Shown piece by piece: positions 9,818 through 19,694 of a stretch of 64,000 nt of DNA. The position numbers and the translations under genes are program-made. The notes beneath the pieces are model-generated. The model was not told the DNA's origin, made no database searches, and saw nothing but the letters and a program-made list of their open reading frames with translations. The number at the start of each line of letters is the position of its first letter. Within the stretch, counting starts at the first letter, position 1. This stretch comes from an uncultured Chloroflexia bacterium. Lineage in GTDB: Bacteria > Chloroflexota > Chloroflexia > QHBQ01 > JADMIH01. Where the stretch lies: positions 928,001-992,000 of the forward strand of contig CAWCNY010000002.1 in NCBI GenBank assembly GCA_963797095.1, written 5' to 3'.

Positions 9818-10642
9818 CTACTTTCGGGCCGGTGCGCGCTCAGGAACAGGTTGCATCCTGGTTGGGTATAGCATCGGCATGGCAGGTGTGGTCTGAGCTT
9901 TGCCTGCCATCGCCACCAGGCCGGTCGCTACTGCCTTGTCCTTCGAGTGCCCGGCTCGGGCCGAGATTACCCTGTAGATAGAGCCAACAAGCACGCTTGC
10001 TGCGCTGCCCCAGTAGAGGGCGCTTGCCCACCAGTTGCCGCTGTCTGTGCCGCTTTGCAGGCCGTGAATGAGCACCATCAAAAAGAGCGCGAAACTGAGC
10101 GAGTGGATCAGCCGCCAGGTGCGCACGCCAAGCCTGGAGCGGAAGTAGTAGCTGAAAGCGACTACCGACAGCGAATAGATCGCGACCTGCCCAAGTCCAA
10201 CCCACTGTGGCCTGTAGCTGTCGGCCATGAAGGGCACAAGCAGCTGGCCCAATGTGTAGCTCATGTACTGGTCGCCCAGTAAGATAAGCGCGTGCAAGGT
10301 GCCGAATCCCAGGCCCAAAAGGCTTGTGAACTTGTGTATTTCAAAGCTGGACGGCATCCCCGGCCATCTGCGCCCCAACTTGCCGGTGATACCCAGCCCT
10401 GCGAGCATCGACATCCAGAGGAGGAAATAGGCGACGAATGCGCTTGCCCTCGAAACATACCAGTAGGCCTGGGGCGTAGGCCCTGAGAGCGTTTCCATAA
10501 TAGCCGGGATCATGATCGGAGCTACCACCAACGCCATTACCGCTCCTAAGATTATGGACAGTATCACCCAGACGGGTGTATTGAACCGTTTCCTGGTGGT
10601 GCTTTGTTGACCGGTCTGTTTTGATGTTATAGGCTGGAACAT
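9818..10642 (-). CDS. Ferric reductase-like transmembrane (MsrQ-like) heme-b protein
   Basis: WYVSRASA, candidate heme His residues in EIHKF, LHALIL, WRLIHSLSF and LIHG, and about 6 TM segments. Confidence 0.82.
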   Translation of the reverse strand: MFQPITSKQTGQQSTTRKRFNTPVWVILSIILGAVMALVVAPIMIPAIMETLSGPTPQAYWYVSRASAFVAYFLLWMSMLAGLGITGKLGRRWPGMPSSFEIHKFTSLLGLGFGTLHALILLGDQYMSYTLGQLLVPFMADSYRPQWVGLGQVAIYSLSVVAFSYYFRSRLGVRTWRLIHSLSFALFLMVLIHGLQSGTDSGNWWASALYWGSAASVLVGSIYRVISARAGHSKDKAVATGLVAMAGKAQTTPAMPMLYPTRMQPVPERAPARK

Positions 10643-10687
10643 TTCATGTGCCTCCAGTGGCTTTCTTTCTATAGGGAAGCTATGCGG

Positions 10688-11140
10688 CTACCTGGATGAG
10701 CGTGTGCTGGTGAGCGCCGCCGGTGCCTGGGCTTCGACCACGGGTGTTGCGGTTGCACTTACTGTAGTGACTTCCGCAGCGTCCACAGGCGTGGATGTCG
10801 CGCTCACTGTGGTGGCTTCCGCAGCAACGACGGTTGTAGCGGTCGCGACCTGGGTGGCCGCTTCGGTAGGTACTTCGGTGGCGGCTGCGATAACGACAGA
10901 AGCCTGGTTTGAGCTATCGGCCTGGGTGACCTGCGCCATTTGCGCGTCCTGCCCCGTGAAGGCCGCCCATGCAAGCAGGGTAGCAACCATAGAGGTGGCG
11001 ACCATGGAAGCGTGAGCGGCCTTTGCCTTGCGTGCCGATGATCTTGCCTGAAGGACGTTTTTCTTTATAGTCGGGTCCGGTTTGTTTGCGTATCTTGAGT
11101 TCATTGTTCTATTTATCCTGGGGTTTTCTATGATCGGCAT
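10688..11140 (-). CDS. Hypothetical membrane-anchored Ala/Thr-rich protein ending TSTRSSR
   Basis: One hydrophobic segment and a low-complexity A/T linker; co-oriented immediately upstream of the ferric reductase gene. Start uncertain. Confidence 0.65.
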   Translation of the reverse strand: MPIIENPRINRTMNSRYANKPDPTIKKNVLQARSSARKAKAAHASMVATSMVATLLAWAAFTGQDAQMAQVTQADSSNQASVVIAAATEVPTEAATQVATATTVVAAEATTVSATSTPVDAAEVTTVSATATPVVEAQAPAALTSTRSSR

Positions 11141-11242
11141 GCAAGTTGTGAAAGTTATGTAGTTGGCCCAGGTCCTCTTTTCTCTTCGTTGGTTTCATTT
11201 TAGCTTTGTATTCTTGAGATTTGATGGGAATGGGTGGGCATC

Positions 11243-11262
11243 TCTCCAATGTTTCTCCAATG
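11243..11262 (-). promoter_or_regulatory. Direct repeat TCTCCAATG x2 at 11-bp spacing; candidate OmpR-type site
   Basis: tctccaatg at 11243 and 11254, upstream of the minus-strand redox operon. Confidence 0.4.
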
Positions 11263-11405
11263 ATGACGTTACGAACGCCCATAACACCGGATATTCATCC
11301 TGGTGACCGCATTCCGCCTCCCGACCGATCTATCCTGCGGCGAAATGCGCTACACTTGGAACAATCGGCTACAAACTGTTGAACTCAAAGCCGGATCAAT
11401 TGCCA

Positions 11406-12101
11406 ATGCCCTCCAGCGATCTGCTCCCTTATATCTTTACCAATACACGTCTACCACTCGCGGTGCAATTCGCTCACTGGGTTCAGGCGTCGCCCCGCTT
11501 TCGCGTGTTTGCCGAGACTTACCGCGACAAAATCCGCAAAAAGGTGCGCGGGATTACCGAGGCCGAGGGCTATGGCGATCTGCAGGCTGAACTGGCAACG
11601 GCCTACTTCCTGGTGCAGGAACGGCGGTTCCTGGTTGAATATGAGAAGTACGGCCTTGGCAAGCAGCGCGGTCCGGATTTCTCCGTCACCTACAAGACGC
11701 ATATCCGCTTCGATGTAGAGGTCACACGGCTGCGTGGGGGGCAGGCAGGGATAGCTCCAGAGCCGGGCAAGCTAGCCAATGCGCTCTGTGCCAAGTTGGT
11801 ACAACTCCCGCCGAGCATGATCAATATCCTTGTTCTGGTCGCGGACGATGCGCCCTACAATCGGGAGGACCTGGAGAGCGCGCTGCGAAGCGCAGTTATA
11901 TTGTTGCAAGAGCGAGCCGAACACAAAGACGACGAGTTCTTCATCCGGCGCGGCTTCCTCGGTGTGCGCGACTTTCACAAGCACTACGGCAGGCTCAGCG
12001 CCATTCGCCTGACCATGCCTGGTGCTCCGCCCGTCCTCCGGCTCCAGCCCCAGGCCAGGCACCCTTTGCCGCCCGACCTCGCTATCCTCCTGCGCAAATA
12101 G
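11406..12101 (+). CDS. Hypothetical protein, possible PD-(D/E)xK nuclease-like fold
   Basis: Long ORF with motif GPDF...DVEVTRL. The start may be TTG at 11379. Confidence 0.55.
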   Translation: MPSSDLLPYIFTNTRLPLAVQFAHWVQASPRFRVFAETYRDKIRKKVRGITEAEGYGDLQAELATAYFLVQERRFLVEYEKYGLGKQRGPDFSVTYKTHIRFDVEVTRLRGGQAGIAPEPGKLANALCAKLVQLPPSMINILVLVADDAPYNREDLESALRSAVILLQERAEHKDDEFFIRRGFLGVRDFHKHYGRLSAIRLTMPGAPPVLRLQPQARHPLPPDLAILLRK

Positions 12102-12170
12102 GCGCGCCTGCTACATGCTACACTCCAACTATATGAAGAATGATCCGCCTTGTTTAGGTCTTTTGATGTA

Positions 12171-12199
12171 TTGACGGCGCACCCGGCATCCGCTATCAT
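12171..12199 (+). promoter_or_regulatory. Sigma70-type promoter for the ABC-F leader
   Basis: TTGACG-N17-TATCAT. Confidence 0.7.
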
Positions 12200-12238
12200 G
12201 GCAGAAGCCGTTGAGGCTCGAAAGGAAACCGACCGGTG

Positions 12239-12316
12239 ATGAGCATACTTAGCCTTTGTCGAAGGAAAACAGGAGATCTGGCCGCCACGGGAGATTTGCG
12301 CCCTGCTGGTGGTTGA
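12239..12316 (+). CDS. Putative leader peptide (MSILSLCRRKTGDLAATGDLRPAGG) of an ABC-F attenuator
   Basis: AAAGGA RBS and a 25-codon uORF between the promoter and a terminator. Confidence 0.5.
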   Translation: MSILSLCRRKTGDLAATGDLRPAGG

Positions 12317-12343
12317 CATAATATTCCAACGTAGGTTGGGGAC

Positions 12344-12378
12344 CGCGCCGGGGCCAATAGCCCGCGGCGTTTTTGTTT
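12344..12378 (+). terminator. Intrinsic terminator within the ABC-F 5' leader
   Basis: Imperfect GC stem cgccggggc/gcccgcggcg followed by TTTTTGTTT. Confidence 0.6.
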
Positions 12379-12462
12379 GTACGGCTTGCTTTCTCGCACA
12401 TGCCGCACACGGCCCCGCTTGCTGTTGCGCCCACGGTTCGCTCCCCGGAAAGGGAGACTACA

Positions 12463-14103
12463 ATGATACTGGTGAACCTTGATAGCGTAGCCAAATACTA
12501 CGGAACCCATCTGATCTTTGATAACCTCTCGTGGCAAATCGACGAGCATGAGAAGATCGGGTTGGTGGGGCCGAACGGTGCAGGCAAGTCGACCCTGCTG
12601 AGGTTGCTGGCGGGCACCGATGTGGCGGATGGCGGTCAGGTGGCGGCGAGACGCGGCCTCAAGGTTGCCTTGCTGCCGCAAGAAGTGCCCACTGAGCCAG
12701 GAAGCACGCCCCTCTCCGTTGCCATGAGCGGCAGCGCCGACATGCGTTCCTTGCTGGCCGCTATCGAGCGCGCCGAAGCAGCTTTTTCCGACCCCGAAAT
12801 TTACGAGGACCTGGATCGCCTTACTACGTTGAGCGAGGAGCACGCACGCTTGTTGGAGGCATACGAGGAGGCTGGCGGTGGGCGGTTACGCAGCCAGGCA
12901 ACGGGGCTGCTCAACTTGATGGGTTTCAGCGCAGAGGAGCTGGAGGAACCACTCGCCAACATGAGCGGCGGCCAGAAGAAGCTGGCCTACCTGGCTGGGT
13001 GTCTCCTCCTTGAACCTGACCTGCTTCTGCTCGATGAGCCGGACAACCACCTCGATCTCGAAGGAAAGACGCGACTGGAAGCCATCGTGTGCGACTTCGC
13101 GGGATCTGTGGTGATCATATCGCATGACCGCTATCTGCTGGACGGAACCGTCACCAGGATCGCCGAGCTTGATAGCGGGCGCTTGAAACCCTACACAGGC
13201 AACTACTCGTCCTACGCGGTGCAAAAAGAGCTTGCTCTGGCGAAGCAGCAATCCGATTACGTGGCGCAACAGAAAGAGATACAACGGCTGGAGGAGGCGG
13301 TAGCCCGCTTCAAAGATTGGGCCAATCGTGTAGTGGACGAGAGGCATATCAAGCAGGCGCGCAACAAGCAACGCCAGATCGACCGGATGGAGAAGATCGA
13401 CAGGCCGGTGCTGGAGCGGCGCAAGATCGGCCTGCAACTGCACCCGCATCAGCGTGGCGGCCAGAAGGTGGTAGAGCTACGCAATATGAGCAAAAGTTTC
13501 TCCGACAACGGTCATGGCCCCGTAGAGGTACTGCGCAGGTTGAACGGACTGGTGCGGCATGGCGACCGCGTGGGGCTGGTTGGGCCTAACGGCGCGGGCA
13601 AATCGGTGCTCTTCCGGCTTATTGCCGGTCAGGCGCTGCCAACGTCGGGCGAAGTGTGGGTTGGGCCAAGCATCCAGCTTGGGCTATACACCCAGGAGCA
13701 CCAATCGCTCGAAATGGGTAGCACGCCTGTCGACACCGTGCGGCGCGTCAAGCCGATGTACGAGGAGCAGGCTTACGGCTTTCTGGGAAGGTTCATGTTC
13801 AGCTACGACAAGTCTCGCCGACCTATCAACACCCTTAGCGGTGGCGAGAAAGCCCGTCTGCAACTGGCTTGCCTGATGCTGACCGGGGCCAACTGCCTCC
13901 TCCTGGACGAGCCTACCAACAACCTTGATATAGAGAGCGCCGAGGTGTTGGAGCGTGCCCTCGCCGACTACGCGGGCAGTGTAATCGTGATCTCCCACGA
14001 TCGCTACTTCCTCGACCGGGTGGTTGACCGCATCTGGGAGTTGAAAGACGGCAGACTGCGCGAGTTCGATGGCGCGTGGAGCGATTACATGGAGCGAGCG
14101 TGA
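12463..14103 (+). CDS. ABC-F family ATP-binding protein
   Basis: Two NBDs (GPNGAGKS twice, MSGGQK/LSGGEK, LLDEPDNHLD/LLDEPTNNLD), no TM segments, GGGAG RBS. Confidence 0.93.
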   Translation: MILVNLDSVAKYYGTHLIFDNLSWQIDEHEKIGLVGPNGAGKSTLLRLLAGTDVADGGQVAARRGLKVALLPQEVPTEPGSTPLSVAMSGSADMRSLLAAIERAEAAFSDPEIYEDLDRLTTLSEEHARLLEAYEEAGGGRLRSQATGLLNLMGFSAEELEEPLANMSGGQKKLAYLAGCLLLEPDLLLLDEPDNHLDLEGKTRLEAIVCDFAGSVVIISHDRYLLDGTVTRIAELDSGRLKPYTGNYSSYAVQKELALAKQQSDYVAQQKEIQRLEEAVARFKDWANRVVDERHIKQARNKQRQIDRMEKIDRPVLERRKIGLQLHPHQRGGQKVVELRNMSKSFSDNGHGPVEVLRRLNGLVRHGDRVGLVGPNGAGKSVLFRLIAGQALPTSGEVWVGPSIQLGLYTQEHQSLEMGSTPVDTVRRVKPMYEEQAYGFLGRFMFSYDKSRRPINTLSGGEKARLQLACLMLTGANCLLLDEPTNNLDIESAEVLERALADYAGSVIVISHDRYFLDRVVDRIWELKDGRLREFDGAWSDYMERA

Positions 14104-14135
14104 TCAGATGGCAGGGATAGTGTAGGATATAGGCC

Positions 14136-15308
14136 ATGACCGAGGCGCTTCGTATTCTCTTTGACGCGCGCATGGTGCACTACCGGAGGGCGGGCATCGG
14201 GCAGTACGCGATCAGCCTGTTGCGCGCGCTGGCTCAATTGCCTGATCCGATGTCAGTCGATATGTTGCAGATGCGCGCCGATACGCGTCCTATCGTTTAC
14301 GATCCGCGTTTCAGGCGCGTGCCCGCTGCTACACCGCCCCACAATCGATTCGAGCAGGCTGCTCTCCCTGTCGAATTATTGAAGATCAGGCCCAGGCCGC
14401 AGGTGATGCACTGCCCCGACTTCGTGCCGCCTCGCGTGCGTGCCTTCCCTGCCGTAGTGAACATACAGGACCTGGCCTTCCTTAAGTTTCCTGAGCTTAC
14501 GTTGCTGACGGACGAGAGCAAGCGATATTACGGGCAGGTCCAATGGTCGGCGCGCAATGCCGAGGCCCTGATCGCGCTCTCGGAGTCGACGCGCGCTGAT
14601 ATAGTACAACTTCTCGGAGTGAAGGAGCGCAAGGTGACCGTGATCCCGGCTGCCGCCGGCGCACGATTCCACCCACCCGATGATCCGGCGAAAGCCAGAG
14701 AGGTTGCGGACCGTCGTTTCGGGCTGGGTCCGAACGAAGGTGGCTACATTCTTTTCGTCGGCACGATTGAGCCGCGCAAGAACCTGGCAACGCTGGTGGA
14801 AGCCTATAGTGTGTTGAAATCACGCGGCAAGGTAGAGCCAATGCCTGTACTGGCGCTCGTGGGCGCAAAGGGGTGGCTTTCCGAACGGCTATATGAGCGG
14901 ATAGAAGCGTTGGGTCTGGAGAAGCAGGTCTATTTCCTGCATGGTGTGGAGGATAGCGCGCTGCCGGTGTTTTATGCCGGGGCGCGTTTGTTCGCGTTCC
15001 CATCGTTGTACGAAGGGTTTGGCCTGCCCGCTCTGGAAGCTATGGCCTCGGGTACGCCTGTCGTGTCCTCAAATGCAGGGTCATTGCGCGAGGTAGTGGG
15101 TGATGCCGGGCTATTAATGGACCCTCACGATGTAGAAGGATGGGCCGGCGCGCTGGAAAGTGTGCTGTTGGACGATACATTATCAAACAGGTTGCGCGAG
15201 GCAGGGCCTATTCGGGCTGCGCACTTCTCGTGGGAGAGGGCCGCGCGGGAGACATTGCAGCTTTACCGGCAAGTAGCACGTGCTTCCGGCAAGGATTTTC
15301 AAGAGTAA
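14136..15308 (+). CDS. Glycosyltransferase family 4 (GT-B)
   Basis: [10 protein letters not shown] and [18 protein letters not shown]. Confidence 0.93.
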   Translation: MTEALRILFDARMVHYRRAGIGQYAISLLRALAQLPDPMSVDMLQMRADTRPIVYDPRFRRVPAATPPHNRFEQAALPVELLKIRPRPQVMHCPDFVPPRVRAFPAVVNIQDLAFLKFPELTLLTDESKRYYGQVQWSARNAEALIALSESTRADIVQLLGVKERKVTVIPAAAGARFHPPDDPAKAREVADRRFGLGPNEGGYILFVGTIEPRKNLATLVEAYSVLKSRGKVEPMPVLALVGAKGWLSERLYERIEALGLEKQVYFLHGVEDSALPVFYAGARLFAFPSLYEGFGLPALEAMASGTPVVSSNAGSLREVVGDAGLLMDPHDVEGWAGALESVLLDDTLSNRLREAGPIRAAHFSWERAARETLQLYRQVARASGKDFQE

Positions 15309-15413
15309 GTTTCGTAACAGGGTTTGCAATCCGGCGCGTTTGTGGTACGCTCAATATGTACCTCGCCAATGGAGCCGTGGAGACGCGCCGTACTCTGTTT
15401 CAGGAGGCTAACT

Positions 15414-16619
15414 ATGGCCGACACGCGCCCGCTCACTATCCTTTGCTTGGCGAGCTATTTCAAGGGCAACGCTTTCCTGCGGGAATGCAAGCGCCAGGGC
15501 TGCTCTACTCTCTTGCTGACAGTAGACAATCTGGAAGGGTCTCCGTGGGACTGGGAAAGCATTGACGAGTTCTTCCACGTTCCCGATCTCTTGAACCGGC
15601 AGTCTGTGACCAATACGGTTAGCTGGATTGCCCGCACCCATGAGATCGACCGCATCGTGCCGATGGACGATTACGACGTGGAGATGGCGGCCGGGGTACG
15701 CGAGCACCTGCGCGTGCCCGGCATGGGCGACACGACGGCACGTTACTTTCGCGATAAGCTTGCTATGCGCGTGCAGGCTCGTGACCGCTACATCCTGGTG
15801 CCGCCCTTCGTGCCGGTACTGAGCCACAGTCGTATAGCCGAGTTCATGGAGAGCACACCGCCGCCCTGGGTGTTGAAGCCTCGTTCGGAGGCTTCTGCTG
15901 CCGGGATCAGGCGGATTTACAACGCGGACGACCTGTGGCCGCAACTGGACGCGCTTGGCGATAGACAATCGCACTTCATCCTCGAAAAATACGTGCCGGG
16001 CGACGTGTACCACGTGGACGCGGTGACTTATGAGCGCGAAATCCTGTTCGCGGAGCCGCACCGTTACGGGTCGCCGCCCCTCAACGTGGCCCATGATGGG
16101 GGCATTTTCACCAGTATGACGCTTTCGAGGGATTCGGCTGATGTACAGACGCTTCTATCGCTGCACGGCGAGGTATTGCGCGCTCTCAACTTTGTACGAG
16201 GAGTGACCCACACCGAGTTCATCAAGAGCAACGAGGATGGCCGCTTTTACTTCCTGGAGACGGCGGCGCGCGTTGGCGGCGCGAACTTGATGGAGCTAAT
16301 CAAGGCCAGCACCGGGCTTGACCTGTGGGCAGAGTGGGCGAAGATAGAGATCGCGGGTGGGGAGCGCCCCTATGAGTTGCCGGATCACAGGCGAGATTAC
16401 GGCGGGATCATTATCTCGCTGGCGCGGCAGGAGTGGCCCGATATGAGCCAGTACAACGATCCTGAGATCGTGTGGCGGTTAGAAAAAGACCACCACGCGG
16501 GCCTGGTGGTGGCGTCGCCCGACTACGAGCGCGTGAATGCGCTGATCGAGTTGTATGTGCCGCGCTTCTACGCCGATTTCCACGCCGTGCAGCCGCCGCT
16601 TGAGAAGCCCTTGAGTTGA
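15414..16619 (+). CDS. ATP-grasp domain protein
   Basis: FRDKLAMR, WVLKPRS, LEKYVPG, HTEF, FLETAARVGG; GGAGG RBS. Confidence 0.87.
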   Translation: MADTRPLTILCLASYFKGNAFLRECKRQGCSTLLLTVDNLEGSPWDWESIDEFFHVPDLLNRQSVTNTVSWIARTHEIDRIVPMDDYDVEMAAGVREHLRVPGMGDTTARYFRDKLAMRVQARDRYILVPPFVPVLSHSRIAEFMESTPPPWVLKPRSEASAAGIRRIYNADDLWPQLDALGDRQSHFILEKYVPGDVYHVDAVTYEREILFAEPHRYGSPPLNVAHDGGIFTSMTLSRDSADVQTLLSLHGEVLRALNFVRGVTHTEFIKSNEDGRFYFLETAARVGGANLMELIKASTGLDLWAEWAKIEIAGGERPYELPDHRRDYGGIIISLARQEWPDMSQYNDPEIVWRLEKDHHAGLVVASPDYERVNALIELYVPRFYADFHAVQPPLEKPLS

Positions 16620-16625
16620 GAGAGA

Positions 16626-17318
16626 TCAGGCGGTTTGCTTCCTTGCGGACCGCACCACGCCCGACACGGGGCTTAGCGCAAGCCATTTTGGGAACGCCCT
16701 GGCAAGGCTAGGGGTGGCGTCCAGCTCGATGAGTTGGTTGCGCACAGCATCCGCGAATGCGATACGCCCCAACCATACTTCATAGCAGGCAGCGAGGTCG
16801 GCGGTCACCAGCACATCGGTATCGAAGCCGGGGTGCGTGAGGCACACCGACACATCGTCCCTCGCCAGTAGCATCCAGTAATTGCCTTCGCACGCGCCCC
16901 GAAAGTTGAACTCCACAACTACGCGGTGGTGCGGCAGGCGCTCGGTGTAAATACCCGCCCGCATCCACCAGAGGAGGAGGATCGGATCAAGCTCTGTGGA
17001 TCGCGGCTCGCCAAAAGCCCACCTTGCTCCCCATTCGATAAGGGTATCGACTACAGGCTTCAACTCTTTGCCTGCCTGGGTAAGGTGGTAGCTGGTGTCC
17101 CTCCCGTTGGGCGAAACGTGCCTCTCGATCACGCCTACCTGTTGCAAGCGCCGCAATCGCTCGGCCAGAAGCGATTTTGAGATGCCCGGCAGTCCACGCT
17201 CCAACTCGTTGAAGTGCTGGGAGCCATAGAGCATATCGCGAATGATCAGCAGCGTCCACCGGTCGCCCAGTATCTCCACCGCACGCGCACCTGGGCAGTA
17301 CTGTCCATATCCGTTCAT
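16626..17318 (-). CDS. HxlR-family winged-helix transcriptional regulator with C-terminal SCP2-like domain
   Basis: YGQYCP, ILGDRWTLLIIR, LPGISKSLLAERL, YHLTQAG. Confidence 0.9.
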   Translation of the reverse strand: MNGYGQYCPGARAVEILGDRWTLLIIRDMLYGSQHFNELERGLPGISKSLLAERLRRLQQVGVIERHVSPNGRDTSYHLTQAGKELKPVVDTLIEWGARWAFGEPRSTELDPILLLWWMRAGIYTERLPHHRVVVEFNFRGACEGNYWMLLARDDVSVCLTHPGFDTDVLVTADLAACYEVWLGRIAFADAVRNQLIELDATPSLARAFPKWLALSPVSGVVRSARKQTA

Positions 17319-17349
17319 GGGTGCAGTATAACACAGGCGTGGCCGCCGC

Positions 17350-17370
17350 ATAGTCCATTTTTTGAACTAT
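17350..17370. promoter_or_regulatory. Imperfect palindrome; candidate HxlR operator
   Basis: ATAGTCCA-N5-TGAACTAT between the divergent regulator and methyltransferase genes. Confidence 0.5.
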
Positions 17371-17453
17371 CGGAGTGGAGTCCTGTGCGCTATATTGTGT
17401 CCAGATCGGCTATGTGAGGGTGCGTCCTGAGAGTTGAGAAAGGAGTAGCGAAG

Positions 17454-18254
17454 ATGAGTGAAAGCAAGACCGGACAGGTTGTAGCCAGCGCCGCCGAGGT
17501 GTATGAGGATTTCTTTATTCCGGCGTTATTTGAGGAGTGGCCGCCTCGCGTTGCAGATGCGGCACACATTGGGCCGGGCCAGAGAGTGCTCGATGTGGCG
17601 TGCGGGACCGGGGTGCTTGCCCGCTATGTTGCAGGCCAGGTTGGACCTGATGGGTCGGTGATTGGCGTCGATATCAACGATGGTATGCTGGCCGTGGCGA
17701 GGCGAATCGCGCCTGAGATCGAGTGGAGGCATGGCGAGGCCGAGCAACTCCCATTTGCTGGCAATACTTTTGATGCTGTGGTCAGCCAGTTCGCGCTGAT
17801 GTTCTTCCGGGATAGGCAGGCAGCGATAAAGGAGATGGTACGTGTGTTGCGGCCAGGCGGTCATCTGGCGGTGGCTGTCTGGGACTTTATCGAGAACAGC
17901 CCAGGATACGCGGCTATGGCGAAGTTGTTGAGACGGCTGTTTGGTGAGCAGGCGGCGGATGCATTGCGGTTCCCCTATGTGTTGGGCGATATAGAGGTGG
18001 TACAGTCTTTGTTTGCCAATTCCGAGTTGCCTGATGTCGAGTTCGCGACTTATGAGGGTACTGCCCGGTTTCCTTCTATCGAGTCATGGGTATATACGGA
18101 TATCAGGGGATGGACGCTGGCGGATATGATCGATGCTGAGCAGTACGAGACGCTGCTTCGCGAGGCCAGACGCGAGTTGCGGCCTTTTGCTAATGAGGAG
18201 GGCAAGGTCGCGTTCAGTTCGCCCGCGCATATCATCAGCGCAACCAAAGTATGA
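17454..18254 (+). CDS. Class I SAM-dependent methyltransferase
   Basis: VLDVACGTG, GVDIN, FDAVVSQF, RVLRPGG; AGGAG RBS. Confidence 0.92.
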   Translation: MSESKTGQVVASAAEVYEDFFIPALFEEWPPRVADAAHIGPGQRVLDVACGTGVLARYVAGQVGPDGSVIGVDINDGMLAVARRIAPEIEWRHGEAEQLPFAGNTFDAVVSQFALMFFRDRQAAIKEMVRVLRPGGHLAVAVWDFIENSPGYAAMAKLLRRLFGEQAADALRFPYVLGDIEVVQSLFANSELPDVEFATYEGTARFPSIESWVYTDIRGWTLADMIDAEQYETLLREARRELRPFANEEGKVAFSSPAHIISATKV

Positions 18255-18305
18255 AATCCTACTTACCATTAGCGCCTCCAAAGCGCGTTGCCAATAGCTT
18301 AGTCC

Positions 18306-19468
18306 TCATAACATGGCCTGACCAATTTCCACCTGTTCTACAAATCCTCTCAAGGGTGCAACACCCTCAGCGTTCTCAATTGTCTCAAGCAATATCCGCC
18401 GAGCCCTCACTTGGCTCCTCTTCCTCTCGATTGCTTGCTTTATAGACTTGCATGTGTAGATCAATAGAAAGATTATGACCACAACCAGTAATATCAGGAA
18501 GAGAATAGCCATTAGGTTTGAAAACGCTTTTTGGGTCCATGCATCATACAGCAAGATAACAGCTAGCGCTAGTTCACCTAACGCACCCCACAATGTGAGG
18601 AATGCCGTCCATACAAAGACAGTAGCGGTAGTCTCTGGTTCTTTCTTCTCTGGGGGAACCTTAAGAGTTGAATTATAGATAATAGGCGCAAACACAATCA
18701 GCAACGCGAAGAAGATCCCCAGACCTGTAATTCCAGCTTTGGATATGATGCGTGAATTGTCCGACAGGAAAGCACTGCTAAGCTGAGTGGTAATGGTGGT
18801 TGCTATCGCCATATTGGTTGCCCAACTCTTTCCAAAATCCAAAGTGAGCGGTCCAGGGAGTTTCGTGCTATCAAGTGCCTCTCTCTTCTCTTTAGATGCC
18901 AAAGACACCGGCACAATAACAATGAAGCTGACAACAAGCGTAACAACCGCCACTATGAAGTCCGATAGGGAAGAGATCTGTGGGGGATCAGTTTTCGGGG
19001 TTGAGAGGCTTACAGCGCGCGACCCCGCCCCCAGCTTCGTCCCATCATCAGTCTTCCCTTCAACCAGCAGAAAACCTTTCTTAGCTGATGGTTTAGCTGT
19101 GAGGGTCAACGTCAGCACAAATGGTTTTTCTGAATATGAACTTATCATTGTATCTTCTGGATCTGCCAGGGAAAGTGAAGTTGTAACGATCCCTTTCTCA
19201 TCCGTCATGACAAGCGTGAACCGTATTCCGGATACGTCCGAAGCACTGGTGTTTTCCACAATTACACCTGCGGACCCTTGATACGATGTCTGTGCTGTCG
19301 CAGATAGGGAAACAGTTAGCTCACTGGAGTCCTTGAATCGTAATGCGGGTGTCGCTGTTCGCGCATAACCCTGACCGATTACGACGATAAAGTGGGTGAT
19401 GCCAAAAAGAAGCAAGGAGATGAGTACGAATGCTAATAATACTTTGGGGCGCATTTCTGATCTAGCCA
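18306..19468 (-). CDS. Hypothetical multi-pass membrane protein (lower GC than flanks)
   Basis: Long ORF with an N-terminal TM segment, a beta-rich domain and about 5 C-terminal TM segments. Start uncertain (19493, 19468 or 19453). Confidence 0.65.
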
Positions 19469-19694
19469 TTTGCGGCCTTCCATTATCACACATGCGTAAG
19501 CATCATAGAACATAAAGTGGGCGCTTCTTGATGCGAAAACAAGCAGGAAATTGAGGCTGTGCTTAGCGCTGCAAATGCCGCCAACTAAGATGGCGTCAGC
19601 AAAACAACGAAATTATACTGCAGGTTGACTCCTCTTGCCTACTATCAAACTGACCATGTTGGAATTGCTTTCAATCATTACTCGGCGTTAGAGA

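Noticed and set aside
12330-12348. T-box riboswitch (GTTGGGGACCGCG)
   Set aside because: It does not match GGTGGNACC, no stem I motifs were recognised, and the downstream gene is not amino-acid related. The uORF attenuator fits better.
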